Source: an uncultured Clostridia bacterium (lineage in GTDB: Bacteria; Bacillota; Clostridia; TANB77; CAG-508). From it: 64,000 bases of DNA. The translations under genes and the position numbers were made by a program. Shown one piece after another: positions 42,363 to 53,694 of this stretch (positions are counted from its first letter, which is position 1; the number at the start of each line of letters is the position of its first letter). The DNA is taken from assembly GCA_944387435.1 (NCBI GenBank), contig CALXEW010000004.1:23401-87400 (forward strand), given 5' to 3'. The notes under the pieces were generated by a model. The model ran no database searches. It had not been told where the DNA came from and saw nothing but the letters and a program-made list of their open reading frames with translations.

Positions 42363-43187
42363 ATGATAGACATACATTCACATATATTACCAAATATAGA
42401 TGATGGTTCAAGAAGCATAGAAGAAACATTTAACCTTATAAGAGAAGCTAAAAATGTAGGCTTTGATGCAATTGTTTCAACATCACATTATATGGAAGGT
42501 TATTATGAAACAAATGTACCAGAAAGAGAAGTTTGGGTAAAAGCAATATATGAAAATTTACAAGCCAAAAATATAGATATAAACCTATTTTTAGGAAATG
42601 AAATATATATGTCAGAAAATATAATAAAATTATTAGAAGACAGAAAAGCATCAACAATAAATGATACAAGTTATGTATTGTTTGAATTACCATTAAATGC
42701 AGAACCACTTAATTTATATGATTTGATATATGAAATGCAACAATATAAATTAGTGCCAATTTTAGCACATCCAGAAAGATATAGTTTTGTACAAAGAGAG
42801 CCAGAATTAGTATATGACTTAGTAGAAAAAGGTGTATTAATGCAAGCGAATTATGGTAGCATAATAGGACAATATGGAAAAAAAGCACAAATGATTGTAA
42901 AGAAATTCTTCGAAGGAAATATGATACATTTGCTTGGATCAGATGTACATAGACAAAATACAATCTATCCTAAAATACCACAAATACTATCAGAATTAAA
43001 TGAACTAATTGGAGAAGAAAAGCTAAAAGAACTAACAACAATAAATCCAAATTTAGTAATACATAACAAAAGAATAGATGTAGAAACACCTCATATTATG
43101 AAATTAAGCTTAAAGGAAAAAATGATGATAGCAAAAGATGATGCTCTAGGAAAGGTGAAAAGTGTACTAAAGAACAAGAAAAAATAA
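42363..43187 (+). CDS. CpsB/CapC PHP tyrosine phosphatase
   Basis: IDIHSHILP.IDDG, AHPERY and GSDVH motifs. Confidence 0.92.
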   Translation: MIDIHSHILPNIDDGSRSIEETFNLIREAKNVGFDAIVSTSHYMEGYYETNVPEREVWVKAIYENLQAKNIDINLFLGNEIYMSENIIKLLEDRKASTINDTSYVLFELPLNAEPLNLYDLIYEMQQYKLVPILAHPERYSFVQREPELVYDLVEKGVLMQANYGSIIGQYGKKAQMIVKKFFEGNMIHLLGSDVHRQNTIYPKIPQILSELNELIGEEKLKELTTINPNLVIHNKRIDVETPHIMKLSLKEKMMIAKDDALGKVKSVLKNKKK

Positions 43188-43210
43188 ATATTTAGAAAGG
43201 AAGTAATTTT

Positions 43211-44575
43211 ATGAGAAAATATTTTGGAACTGATGGGATTAGAAGAATAGCTAATACTGAATTAACACCAGAATTAGTTTATAAAGTTGCAAAAGCAGGA
43301 GCATATGTATTATCAAAACATTCAGACCATACACCTGTAATTTTAATTGGAAGAGATACACGTATTTCAGGAACTTTAATAGAAAGCGCAATGGTAGCCG
43401 GATTTTTAAGTTATGGAGCAAATGTCAAATTATTAGGTGTAATTCCAACACCAGCAGTTGCATATTTAACAAGAAAATTGAACGCAGATGCAAGTGTTGT
43501 TATTTCAGCATCACATAATACATATGAGTTTAATGGAATAAAATATTTCAGTAACAAAGGAATGAAAATACCAGATAACTTAGAAGAAGAAATAGAAGAA
43601 GTAATGGAATCTGGAAAATTAGATGAACTAAAAGCTGTAAATGACAAAATAGGAGTATCAGAATATTGCTTAGACTTAATAGATGAATATGTATATTTCT
43701 TTAGGAAAAATTTTGATGACGAAATTGAAAAATACAATAGAGATGATTTTGTTGTAGCATTAGATACAGCAAATGGAGCAACATCAGTTGTAGCAGAAAA
43801 AGTATTTAAAGCATTAGGAATAAAATATAAAATAATAAACAATCATCCAAATGGTGTAAATATTAATGATAATTGTGGTTCAACACATTTAGATGGATTA
43901 AAGAAATATGTGGTAGAAAATGGATTGTCTTTAGGAGTTGCCTATGATGGTGATGGCGATAGATGTTTAGCAGTTGATGAAAAAGGAAACGAGATTGATG
44001 GAGATAAACTTTTAGCAATTATTTCACAAAATTTAAGAAAAAAAGGAAAATTAAATAAAGACACAATTATTGCAACAGTAATGAGCAACCTAGGGCTAAA
44101 TAAATATGCAAGAGATAATGGACTAGAATTATTACAAACAAAAGTTGGAGATAGATATGTTCTAGAAGAAATGTTAAAAGATGGATTTAATCTAGGAGGA
44201 GAACAATCAGGACACGTAATTTTACTTGATTATAATCCAACAGGAGATGGAATATTAACTTCTTTAATGCTAATAAAAGCAATATTAGAAGAAGGTAAAA
44301 AGGCTTCAGAGCTTGCAAATATTGTAAAATTATATCCACAAATATTAATAAATGCAAAAGTAAATGCAGATAAAAAGTATGATTATGATAAAGATGAAGA
44401 AATAAAGGAAGCTATAGATAAATTAGAAAAAGAATTTGCAGGAAATGGAAGAGTTTTAATCAGAGCTTCAGGAACAGAACCATTAGTAAGGGTTATGATA
44501 GAAGGAGAAGACCAAGAATATATAACTAAAAAAGCTCAGGAAATAGCGGATTTAATAGAGAAAAAATTAAAATAG
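43211..44575 (+). CDS. glmM: Phosphoglucosamine mutase
   Basis: FGTDGIR, ISASHN, DGDGDR and GGEQSGH motifs. Confidence 0.95.
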   Translation: MRKYFGTDGIRRIANTELTPELVYKVAKAGAYVLSKHSDHTPVILIGRDTRISGTLIESAMVAGFLSYGANVKLLGVIPTPAVAYLTRKLNADASVVISASHNTYEFNGIKYFSNKGMKIPDNLEEEIEEVMESGKLDELKAVNDKIGVSEYCLDLIDEYVYFFRKNFDDEIEKYNRDDFVVALDTANGATSVVAEKVFKALGIKYKIINNHPNGVNINDNCGSTHLDGLKKYVVENGLSLGVAYDGDGDRCLAVDEKGNEIDGDKLLAIISQNLRKKGKLNKDTIIATVMSNLGLNKYARDNGLELLQTKVGDRYVLEEMLKDGFNLGGEQSGHVILLDYNPTGDGILTSLMLIKAILEEGKKASELANIVKLYPQILINAKVNADKKYDYDKDEEIKEAIDKLEKEFAGNGRVLIRASGTEPLVRVMIEGEDQEYITKKAQEIADLIEKKLK

Positions 44576-44681
44576 GACATTGTAACGAAAATGTAATATA
44601 AAAGTAATAAAAAAATGTTGATTAATATAATTCTTAATGTTATATTTAAATAAATAAACTAAAGAAAACGGAGGGGAGAAA

Positions 44682-45020
44682 ATGTTTATATTTGATATAT
44701 CAAACCCACTAACATTATTATTAATGCTTGCAGCAACTGTATTATTAATATTCCTATCTCAAGAAGTTAAAAAAAGTTTGATAGGAGCAGTAGTATTATT
44801 TATATATTTAATATTATTAATTGTACATGTAGCGCAAGTTGCTACTTTATCTGAAGAATATAGATATTTATTATCAACATTATCAAGGTGCATCGTCATT
44901 GACTTTATATTTGTATTTATTTCATTCTTCTCATATCTATGGGTAGATGATATAGAGACAAAGGCAACAGGAAAGAAAAGTCTTGATAATAGTTTAGATT
45001 GGTTCTGGAGAAAAGTATAA
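44682..45020 (+). CDS. Hypothetical membrane protein
   Basis: Three TMs; GGAGGGG RBS. Confidence 0.75.
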   Translation: MFIFDISNPLTLLLMLAATVLLIFLSQEVKKSLIGAVVLFIYLILLIVHVAQVATLSEEYRYLLSTLSRCIVIDFIFVFISFFSYLWVDDIETKATGKKSLDNSLDWFWRKV

Positions 45021-45128
45021 TAAGAAAATGAAGAATTCGGTATTATTACCGGATTTTTTTATTTTTAAACATATTTTTTATAAAGCTGAATATATATAAA
45101 TATAATAACGTAAGATAAGGAGAAAAAT

Positions 45129-46308
45129 ATGTTTAATGTTACAATATTGAAAATGAAAGACATACTAAAATACTTTATAGGAATTGTATTAACAGGACTA
45201 ATAGTTTTTTTTGTAAGTAAAGGCGTTAGTGAAAGTAGTGAAAATAATAGTAACAATATAATTCAAAAACTAAAAAGCGGAATGAGTTTTTTATCACAGG
45301 ATAGTATGTTGTATGCCTTAGATCAAACGATTCCAGTTATTTCTAATGTAAATCAAGAATATAAAAATATAGCAAAAGAAGATGACGAAAACGAAGGAGA
45401 AGATATTTTACAATTAATGCTAGGAACTCAAATAACTTCTATTAAAGCAATGGAAGATATACAAGAAAGTAGAACAGGAGAAGAAATGGAGGAAAATAAA
45501 CAAGAAGAAACTAATGAGACTATCGAAAATAAAGCTGTAGCAGAAGCAGGAGTTACAACAGAAGTAATAACACCTAATCCAATAAGTGATGGAAGTAATA
45601 CTAAAATTCGGAAGTGTAAAAATAAAAAATGAAACAGATTATGAAATAACAGAAGATATGTTAAATACAAATGACCTTGTTATTGAGAATAAAAATATTG
45701 TATTATTCCATACACATAGTTGTGAAAGTTATACTTCAAGCGAAAAATATCCATATACTCCAACAGGAAATTATAGAACAACAGATTTAAACTTCACAGT
45801 TACAAGAGTAGGAACTGAATTAGAAACATATTTAAAACAATATAATTATAATGTTGTACATAGTACAGATTATCATGATTATCCTGCATATAATGGTTCA
45901 TACACACGTTCATTAAAAACAGTTGAAAGTATATTACAAACAACACCAAGTGATATAATAATAGATGTACATAGGGATGCAATAGGCTCAAGAAGTGATT
46001 ATGCACCAACAGTAAAAATAGGAGATGAAGAGGCAGCACAATTAATGTTTGTAATAGGAACAGATGCAGGAGGGTTATGGCATCCAAACTGGAGAGAAAA
46101 TCTAAAATTTGCAGTAGCAATACAACAAAAGGCAGAAGAAATGTATCCAGGACTATTTAAGACAATGATGTTAACAAAATCAAGATATAATCAGCATACA
46201 GGAAAATATGCAAGTATAATAGAAGTAGGAGCAACGGGAAATACACTAGAACAATGTTTAACAAGCATGAAATATTTAGCAGCAGTAATGCATGAGGTGA
46301 TACAGTAG
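45129..46308 (+). CDS. spoIIP: Stage II sporulation protein P; +1 shift at CGG 45609 (392 aa when joined)
   Basis: N-terminal TM in the first piece; HTHSCESY, DVHRDA, RYNQH and IEVG amidase motifs in the second. Confidence 0.85.
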
Positions 46309-46378
46309 GGACGGGGGAATTTTTGTCTCATTTTAGGGATTTTGAGACAAAAAAGCCCCGTCCCCATTTGTCTCAAAA
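46308..46378. repeat. REP-like palindrome GGGACGGGG...CCCCGTCCC with internal TTTGTCTCA/TGAGACAAA
   Basis: Nested inverted repeat sharing the GGACGGG core with the 103, 13634 and 51608 copies. Confidence 0.7.
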
Positions 46379-46460
46379 AATTTATATAAAAGCTTGAATT
46401 ATAAAACTTACTTGTATATAATGTAACTGGAAAATTTTAGAGAAAGTAGAGGTGTAGATA

Positions 46461-47768
46461 ATGGCACAGATTAGTTTAAACTTAAAGAATAGTGGAATAA
46501 CAATGAAAAGTATAATGGAATACAAGGAGCAGGTTGAAAATATTCATAAGGATTTACATAGAAGAGCAAACGACGGAAAAGATTTTGTAGGATGGCTTGA
46601 ACTTCCAACAAATTATGATAAAGAAGAATTTAAAAGAATAAAAAAAGCAGCAAAAAAAATAAAAAAAGAATCAGATGTTTTATTAGTTATAGGAATAGGA
46701 GGTTCTTATTTAGGAGCAAGAGCAGTAATAGAGTCTCTAACAAATACTTTTTATAATTTACTTCCAGCAAGAAGAAGAAAATATCCACAAATGTTATATG
46801 TAGGAAATAATTTGAGTCCAAATTATATGAGTGAATTAATAGAATTTTTGGAAAATAAGGATTTTTCTATAAATGTAATATCAAAATCAGGAACAACAAC
46901 AGAGCCAGCAGTGGCATTTAGAGTGTTTAGAGAAATATTAGAAAATAAATATGGAATAGACGAAGCAAGAAGTAGAATTTATGCAACAACAGATAAGGTA
47001 AAAGGAGCATTAAAGACACTTGCTGATAAAGAAGGTTATGAAGAATTTGTAGTACCAGATAACGTAGGTGGAAGATATTCAGTATTAACAGCAGTAGGGT
47101 TACTTCCAATAGCAGTAGCTGGAATAGATATAACAAAATTAATGGAAGGTGCAAGAATTGCACAAGAAAGATATAATGACCCTAATTTAAAATACAATGA
47201 ATGTTATCAATATGCAGTAGCTAGAAATATATTATATAAACAAGATAAAACCACAGAAATATTAGTAAACTACGAACCAAAAATGCACTATTTTACAGAA
47301 TGGTGGAAGCAACTATTTGGTGAAAGCGAAGGAAAAGATGGTAAAGGAATATTCCCAACAGGTGTTGATAATACAACAGATTTACATTCAATGGGACAAT
47401 ATATACAACAAGGAAGAAGAAATTTGTTTGAAACAGTAGTATATGTTGAAGAGCCAAAATCAGATATAACACTAAATCCAGATGACGATAATTTAGATGG
47501 ACTAAATTATTTAGCAGGAAAAACATTAGATTTCGTAAATAAAAAAGCAATGGAAGCAACAGTGCAAGCACATGTAACAGGAGAGGTTCCTAATATTGCT
47601 GTTAAAATGAATAAGCTAGACGAAGAAAATTTAGGAGAAATAATATATTTCTTTGAAAAGGCTTGTGCCATGTCAGGAAGTATATTGGGAATTAATCCAT
47701 TTGACCAACCAGGTGTAGAAGAATATAAAAAGAATATGTTTAAATTATTAAAGAAACCAGGATATTAA
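46461..47768 (+). CDS. pgi: Glucose-6-phosphate isomerase
   Basis: [22 protein letters not shown] and FDQPGVE motifs. Confidence 0.96.
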   Translation: MAQISLNLKNSGITMKSIMEYKEQVENIHKDLHRRANDGKDFVGWLELPTNYDKEEFKRIKKAAKKIKKESDVLLVIGIGGSYLGARAVIESLTNTFYNLLPARRRKYPQMLYVGNNLSPNYMSELIEFLENKDFSINVISKSGTTTEPAVAFRVFREILENKYGIDEARSRIYATTDKVKGALKTLADKEGYEEFVVPDNVGGRYSVLTAVGLLPIAVAGIDITKLMEGARIAQERYNDPNLKYNECYQYAVARNILYKQDKTTEILVNYEPKMHYFTEWWKQLFGESEGKDGKGIFPTGVDNTTDLHSMGQYIQQGRRNLFETVVYVEEPKSDITLNPDDDNLDGLNYLAGKTLDFVNKKAMEATVQAHVTGEVPNIAVKMNKLDEENLGEIIYFFEKACAMSGSILGINPFDQPGVEEYKKNMFKLLKKPGY

Positions 47769-47848
47769 TGTCATGTCGCATTAGGGACGTTTCCTATGCG
47801 CATAAAATTTCGCATCTGGGACACATCTATAAGAAAAGAGGTAGCAAA

Positions 47849-48574
47849 ATGATTTTTAAAGAGAGCTTTAAAATGGGATTAACAGATATAGGAAAAGATA
47901 ATAAGATAAAAAATATAGCAATACTAAAGATGTTAGAAAATATAGGGGGATATCATTCTGATGTTGCAGGTTATGGCTCAAATGATATTCCTATTAAGAA
48001 ATTAAGTTGGATTTTATTAGACTGGAAACTTAAAGTTTTAAACAGACCTAAATATGGACAAACTTTAGAGGTACATACATGGGCAAGAGAAGGAAATAGA
48101 TTTTTTACATATAGAGATTTTGAAATCTATGATGAAAATAAAAATCTTTGTGCCATTGCAACTTCTAAATGGACTTTGGTAAATATAGAAGAAGCAAAGA
48201 TGTCAAAAATTACTGAAGAAGTAATTGGTAGCTATAATGTGGAAGAAAAAGAAGTTTTTTCAGGAGAAAAATTAGATAGGTTACAGGTGCCAGAAGAGTT
48301 TACAAATAGTATACAATATACAGTAATTAGAAAAGATATTGATATTAATAAACATATGCATAATTTATATTTCTTGGATTTAGCATATGAAGCTTTACCA
48401 GAAGATGTATATAATAACGATAGACCTTTTGATAATGTTAGAATTATGTATAAAAAAGAAATAAAACTAGGAGATACTGTTATTTGTAAATATACTAAAA
48501 AGGATAATAAAAACATTGTAGTAATACAAAGCCAAGATGAAAAATATTTACATTCAATAATTGAATTATATTAA
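47849..48574 (+). CDS. Acyl-ACP thioesterase
   Basis: DIDINKHMHN motif; start moved to ATG 47849 after AGAGG. Confidence 0.88.
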   Translation: MIFKESFKMGLTDIGKDNKIKNIAILKMLENIGGYHSDVAGYGSNDIPIKKLSWILLDWKLKVLNRPKYGQTLEVHTWAREGNRFFTYRDFEIYDENKNLCAIATSKWTLVNIEEAKMSKITEEVIGSYNVEEKEVFSGEKLDRLQVPEEFTNSIQYTVIRKDIDINKHMHNLYFLDLAYEALPEDVYNNDRPFDNVRIMYKKEIKLGDTVICKYTKKDNKNIVVIQSQDEKYLHSIIELY

Positions 48575-48580
48575 AATAAA

Positions 48581-48619
48581 CCCTTAATTATTAGTAATAG
48601 TAATTAAGGGGATTTTTTT
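48581..48619 (+). terminator. Intrinsic terminator
   Basis: CCCTTAATTA / TAATTAAGGG plus T-run. Confidence 0.7.
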
Positions 48620-48817
48620 ACAATAATTATATGCTAATAACATTTAAAAAATAACGCTAATAGCTTGACTATTTTTACAAAGAAATATAAAATAAAAAAG
48701 ACAAAAATGTCGTAATATTTTAAATTATAAAATTCGAATAAATTTTACCAAATTGGAAATAATTTAAAATAGTACAAAGAAATTTAAAAATATAAAAACC
48801 AAAGAGGAGGAACAAAA

Positions 48818-49903
48818 ATGAAAGGTAACAAAAAACAAAGAAGAAATAGTAAAGGAATTACGCTAATAGCATTAGTAATTACAATTATTGTACTATTAAT
48901 CTTAGCTGGAGTATCAATAGCAATGCTAACAGGAGAAAATGGAATACTAACTCAAGCACAAAGAGCTAAAACAGAAACAGAAAATGCACAAAAAGAGGAA
49001 GAAAATATTTTAGCAAATTATGAAAGTGTTTTAAATAGTTATAGTGGAGAAAATACAGAATTTACAGATAGTCTTGGAAATAAAGTAAAAGTACCAGCAG
49101 GATTTAAAGTAGTAAATCCAGGATATAATGTAGAAGATGGAATTATAATAGAAGATGTAGCACATGGAGCAACAGCAGGGAGTCAATTTGTGTGGATACC
49201 AGTAGGAACAGTTCATAGAAAAGATAAAGAAGATGTAACAATAGAGTTGGGAAGATATATTTTTGATAGTTCTGGAAATGTAAGTGAATATAGTGGAAAT
49301 TATACAGAAGATACAGTAGCAGAACATACTTATGATAATACGCCAGCAAAAGATATAACAACATTTATATCAAAAGTAGAAAACACACATGGATATTATA
49401 TAGGAAGATATGAAGCGAGAACATTAGATGGAGAAAGAACAGTAAGTACAGAAGATAGCGGATTAACTCAAATAACAGTAAAACCAAATGATTTTGTTTA
49501 TAATTATGTAACACAGTTACAAGCAGCAAAATTAAGTAGAAATATGTATAATGACAGTAATTTTGAAAGTGATTTAATAAATAGTTATGCTTGGGATACG
49601 GCAATAGTGTTTATACAAAACTGCTCAAATCAATCAAATTATGCGAATCAGGCAAGTGTAAATACAAGTGTTGCCTCTAAAGGAACCAACAATACGGACA
49701 CAAAGGATGTATTATGTAATGTGTATGATATGGCAAGCAATTGCATGGAGTGGTCAACTGAAACATGGGATAATATAGACAATCCTTGTACTTACAGGGG
49801 CGGTAATTATCCATATAACTATAAATATACAAGTAATCGTAGTAATTTAGATACGACACATAGTACTGTTAATTATTCCTTCCGTCCAATCCTATACCTA
49901 TAA
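48818..49903 (+). CDS. Type IV pilin-like N-terminus fused to FGE/C-type-lectin-like domain (DGR-target-like)
   Basis: Paralog of 6180-7334; YDMASNCMEWSTE...RGGNY...SFRPILYL. Confidence 0.8.
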   Translation: MKGNKKQRRNSKGITLIALVITIIVLLILAGVSIAMLTGENGILTQAQRAKTETENAQKEEENILANYESVLNSYSGENTEFTDSLGNKVKVPAGFKVVNPGYNVEDGIIIEDVAHGATAGSQFVWIPVGTVHRKDKEDVTIELGRYIFDSSGNVSEYSGNYTEDTVAEHTYDNTPAKDITTFISKVENTHGYYIGRYEARTLDGERTVSTEDSGLTQITVKPNDFVYNYVTQLQAAKLSRNMYNDSNFESDLINSYAWDTAIVFIQNCSNQSNYANQASVNTSVASKGTNNTDTKDVLCNVYDMASNCMEWSTETWDNIDNPCTYRGGNYPYNYKYTSNRSNLDTTHSTVNYSFRPILYL

Positions 49904-50031
49904 TAAACAAAAGAAAATTATTGGAATATAATATACTAGAAAATGATAAAAAAGTGTAAAAAATGCTTGAAATTTGTCGAAACTATGATATAATACCATT
50001 TGGTGTAATAAAGTTATAGGGAGGAAGTAGA

Positions 50032-51474
50032 ATGAAAGTAGTTTTTAGAAAAACAAAGATAATCGGAACAATAGGACCAGCTAGTGAAGCAGGTGTAACA
50101 TTAGAACATTTAATGAATACAGGATTAAATGTAACAAGAATTAACTTTTCTCATGGAGGATATGAAGAAAATAAAGAAAAAATAGAAACAATTAAAAAAG
50201 TTAGAGAAAAATTTAATAGACCAGTAGCATTAATGTTAGATACAAAAGGCCCAGAAATTAGAACAGGTGTATTAGAATCAGGAGACGAAAAAGTAACTAT
50301 TAATGAAGGACAAACATTTACATTTGTACATGAAGATATAGTAGGAAATAATGAAAAAACAACATTAACATATAAAGATATATACAAAGATGTAAAAGTA
50401 GGTTCAAGAATATTAGTAGACGATGGAGCTATAGAATTTGAAGTAACAGAAATAAAAGATAAAGATATTATTTGTAAGGCTTTAAATACAGGAAGATTAG
50501 GAAGTAGAAAAACTGTAAATATACCAGGTGTAAAACTGGAATTACCATTTATATCAGAAAAAGATAGAAATGATTTAATTAATGGTGTAAAAGCAGACTT
50601 TGATTACATTGCAGCATCATTTGTAAGAAGAGCTGAAGATGTAAAAGAAATGAGAAAACTTCTAGACGATAATGGTGGAGAAAGAATAAAAATAATTTCT
50701 AAAATTGAAAGCCAAGAAGGTGTAGAAAACTTTGACGAAATATTAGAAGCATCTGATGGTATAATGGTAGCTCGTGGAGACTTAGGAGTAGAAGTTCCTA
50801 TGGAAATGGTACCTGTATATCAAAAGAAAATGATTAAAAAATGTAATAAAGCAGGTAAACCAGTAGTAACAGCAACACAAATGTTAGAATCAATGACACA
50901 AAACCCAAGACCAACAAGAGCAGAAGTAAGTGACGTAGCAAATGCTGTATATGATGTTACAAGTGATATAATGCTTTCAGGTGAATGTGCTATGGGTAAA
51001 TACCCAATTGAATGTATAAAAGCAATGTCAAAAATATCAAAATCAGTAGAAGCTTCAATAAAATATTGGAAAAGATTCTATAAAAGAAGTTTTGACCATA
51101 CTAAGAAAGATGTAGAAAGTGCTTTAGCATATACAACATGTGTAACAGCAGAACAAATACAAGCAGATGCAATAGTAGCTTATACTCATAAAGGAGATTC
51201 AATAGTAAAATTAGCAGCATTAGCACCAGCATGCCCAATATTTGCTATAACAGACGATAAGAAAACATATAATCAATTATCATTAGTATTTGGTACATTA
51301 CCAGTATTAATTGAAGGAGAAGCTTCAATTGATGATACAATAACAGCCGGAATTGAAAACTTAAAAGAAAGAGGATTAGTAGAAACTGGAGATATGGTAG
51401 TATTATCAGGAGGAGCATCAGCTTTACCAAAACAAAATAAAGGAAAAGTTATTGGTGGTTGTGTAAAAATATAA
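50032..51474 (+). CDS. pyk: Pyruvate kinase
   Basis: RKTKIIGTIGPAS, DTKGPEIR, MVARGDLG and ATQMLESM motifs. Confidence 0.97.
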   Translation: MKVVFRKTKIIGTIGPASEAGVTLEHLMNTGLNVTRINFSHGGYEENKEKIETIKKVREKFNRPVALMLDTKGPEIRTGVLESGDEKVTINEGQTFTFVHEDIVGNNEKTTLTYKDIYKDVKVGSRILVDDGAIEFEVTEIKDKDIICKALNTGRLGSRKTVNIPGVKLELPFISEKDRNDLINGVKADFDYIAASFVRRAEDVKEMRKLLDDNGGERIKIISKIESQEGVENFDEILEASDGIMVARGDLGVEVPMEMVPVYQKKMIKKCNKAGKPVVTATQMLESMTQNPRPTRAEVSDVANAVYDVTSDIMLSGECAMGKYPIECIKAMSKISKSVEASIKYWKRFYKRSFDHTKKDVESALAYTTCVTAEQIQADAIVAYTHKGDSIVKLAALAPACPIFAITDDKKTYNQLSLVFGTLPVLIEGEASIDDTITAGIENLKERGLVETGDMVVLSGGASALPKQNKGKVIGGCVKI

Positions 51475-51607
51475 TTAAATAAAAATTAGATATAATTTAT
51501 TATGAAGATATAAAGTAAAATTTTGATAATTATAATATTTCAAAATTTTACTTTTTTCTTGTTATTTAAAACAAAGTTATGTTATACTATATACATGTAA
51601 AAATAAA

Positions 51608-51637
51608 AGATGTTTTTTACCCCGTCCTAAAAAACAT
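51608..51637. repeat. GGACGGG-core palindromic repeat, copy 3 (inverted)
   Basis: agatgttttttaccccgtcctaaaaaacat is the reverse-complement version of copies 1 and 2. Confidence 0.85.
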
Positions 51638-51683
51638 GAGCAAAGGAAAAGGGGAATGAAACATCATAGAAAGGAAAAAAACA

Positions 51684-53028
51684 ATGTCAAAACCAATAGT
51701 AGCAATAATAGGAAAGCCAAATGTAGGAAAATCAACGTTTTTCAATTACTTAGCAGGTTCAAGAATATCTATAGTACAAGATACTCCTGGAGTGACAAGA
51801 GATAGAATATATGCAGAAACGAACTGGAGAGGAAGAGACTTTACATTGATAGATACAGGAGGAATAGAGCCGGACTCAGACGATATTATACTTTCTCAAA
51901 TGAGAGAACAAGCAAATTTAGCAATTGCAATGGCAGATGTAATAATATTTTTAACAGATATAAGACAAGGAGTAACAGCAGCAGATAGAGAAATTGCTAT
52001 AATGCTTAAAAAATCTGGAAAGCCAATAGTCTTAGTATGTAATAAAGCAGATAATATAGAAAAAGATAAAGATGAGATTTATGAATTTTATAATTTAGGA
52101 ATAGGAGAGCCATTTCCAATTTCAGCAACAAATGCCATAGGAATAGGAGATGTATTAGACGAAATATATGAGAAATTTCCTAAAAAAGAAGAAAACGAAA
52201 ATGAAGATGACAATATAAAAGTGGCAGTAATAGGAAAGCCCAATGTAGGAAAATCTTCTTTAATAAATAAAATACTAGGAGAAAATAGAGCAATTGTAAG
52301 TGATATAGCAGGAACAACAAGAGATGCAATAGACTCTGAATTTGAAAATGAAAAAGGAAAATATATATTAATAGATACAGCAGGAGTAAGAAAGAAAAGT
52401 AAAATAAAAGAGTCAATAGAAAAGTATAGTATAATGAGAACGCTTTTAGCAATAGAAAGAGCAGATGTATGCTTAATGATGATAGATGCAAAAGACCGGG
52501 GTAACAGACCAAGATGCAAAAATTGCAGGAGAAGCACACGAGGCAGGAAAAGGTGTAATAATAGTTGTTAATAAATGGGATGCCGTGGAAAAAGAGACAG
52601 GTACATTAGAACAGTATAAAAAAGATGTATATCAAAAATTAAAATATTTATCATATGCGCCAATAATATTTATATCAGCATTAACAGGACAAAGAGTAAA
52701 TAAATTATTTGATTTAATAAACCATGTAGCTGAGCAAAATGCATTAAGAATATCAACATCTGTATTAAATCAAGTAATAAATGAAGCAATAGCGATTGTA
52801 CAACCACCTTCAGATAAAGGAAGAAGGTTAAGAATATATTATGGAACACAAGTATCAACAAAACCGCCAACATTTGTTGTTTTTGTAAATGATAAGAAAC
52901 TATTCCATTTTTCATATGAAAGGTATTTAGTAAATCAATTAAGAAAAGAATTTGGAATGGAAGGAACGCCAATAAGAATAATTGCAAGGGAAAAAACTGA
53001 TAAAGAAGCTAAGAAGGAGGGATTTTAA
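51684..53028 (+). CDS. der: Ribosome biogenesis GTPase Der/EngA; +1 shift at CGG 52497 (447 aa when joined)
   Basis: Two GKPNVGKS P-loops; the join gives [16 protein letters not shown]...VVNKWD and the KH-like domain. Confidence 0.95.
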
Positions 53029-53029
53029 G

Positions 53030-53671
53030 ATGGCCGTTTATATAATTATGGCAATAATTGCATACTGCATAGGTAGTGTGAATTTTTCAGTAATATTTAG
53101 TAAAAAATTTGCTGGATTTGATGTAAGAGAAAAAGGAAGTGGAAATGCGGGGACAACTAATATGCTTCGTTCTGTAGGGAAAAAAGCAGCGGCAATAACA
53201 CTTATATGTGATATACTAAAAGGTGTTGTTTCAATAGGAATAGCAATATTACTTGGAAACATACCTGACATGAACAAAGAATTATTAGTACAAATAGCAG
53301 GTGTGGCAGTAATATTAGGACATACTTTTCCAGTATTTTTTGGATTTAAAGGAGGAAAAGGTGTTGCAACTTCTTTAGGAGTATTACTTATAAGCAATTG
53401 GCAAATCGGATTAATATGTATGGTATTTGCATTAGTATTAATGGCATTAACAAGGATGGTATCAGTTGGCTCTTGTGCAGCAGCTGTATTATTCCCTGTA
53501 CTTACTTTGTTTATAAATGATCATTACACAGTTTTAACAGAAGGAAAATCAGGAAATGTATATTTTATATATAGTGTAATATTAGCAGTGATAGTTTTAT
53601 TTAATCATAGAAGTAATATAAAAAGAATTTTAAATGGCACAGAAAATAAAGTAAGTTTTAAAAATAAATAG
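53030..53671 (+). CDS. plsY: Glycerol-3-phosphate acyltransferase
   Basis: GSGNAGTTN, GHTFP.FFGFKGGKGVAT and HRSNIKR motifs. Confidence 0.95.
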   Translation: MAVYIIMAIIAYCIGSVNFSVIFSKKFAGFDVREKGSGNAGTTNMLRSVGKKAAAITLICDILKGVVSIGIAILLGNIPDMNKELLVQIAGVAVILGHTFPVFFGFKGGKGVATSLGVLLISNWQIGLICMVFALVLMALTRMVSVGSCAAAVLFPVLTLFINDHYTVLTEGKSGNVYFIYSVILAVIVLFNHRSNIKRILNGTENKVSFKNK

Positions 53672-53694
53672 AAAATAATAAGGAGAGAAAACAA

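Noticed and set aside
47768..47848. N-terminal extension of the thioesterase
   Set aside because: It covers a repeat-like intergenic element; the RBS supports ATG 47849.
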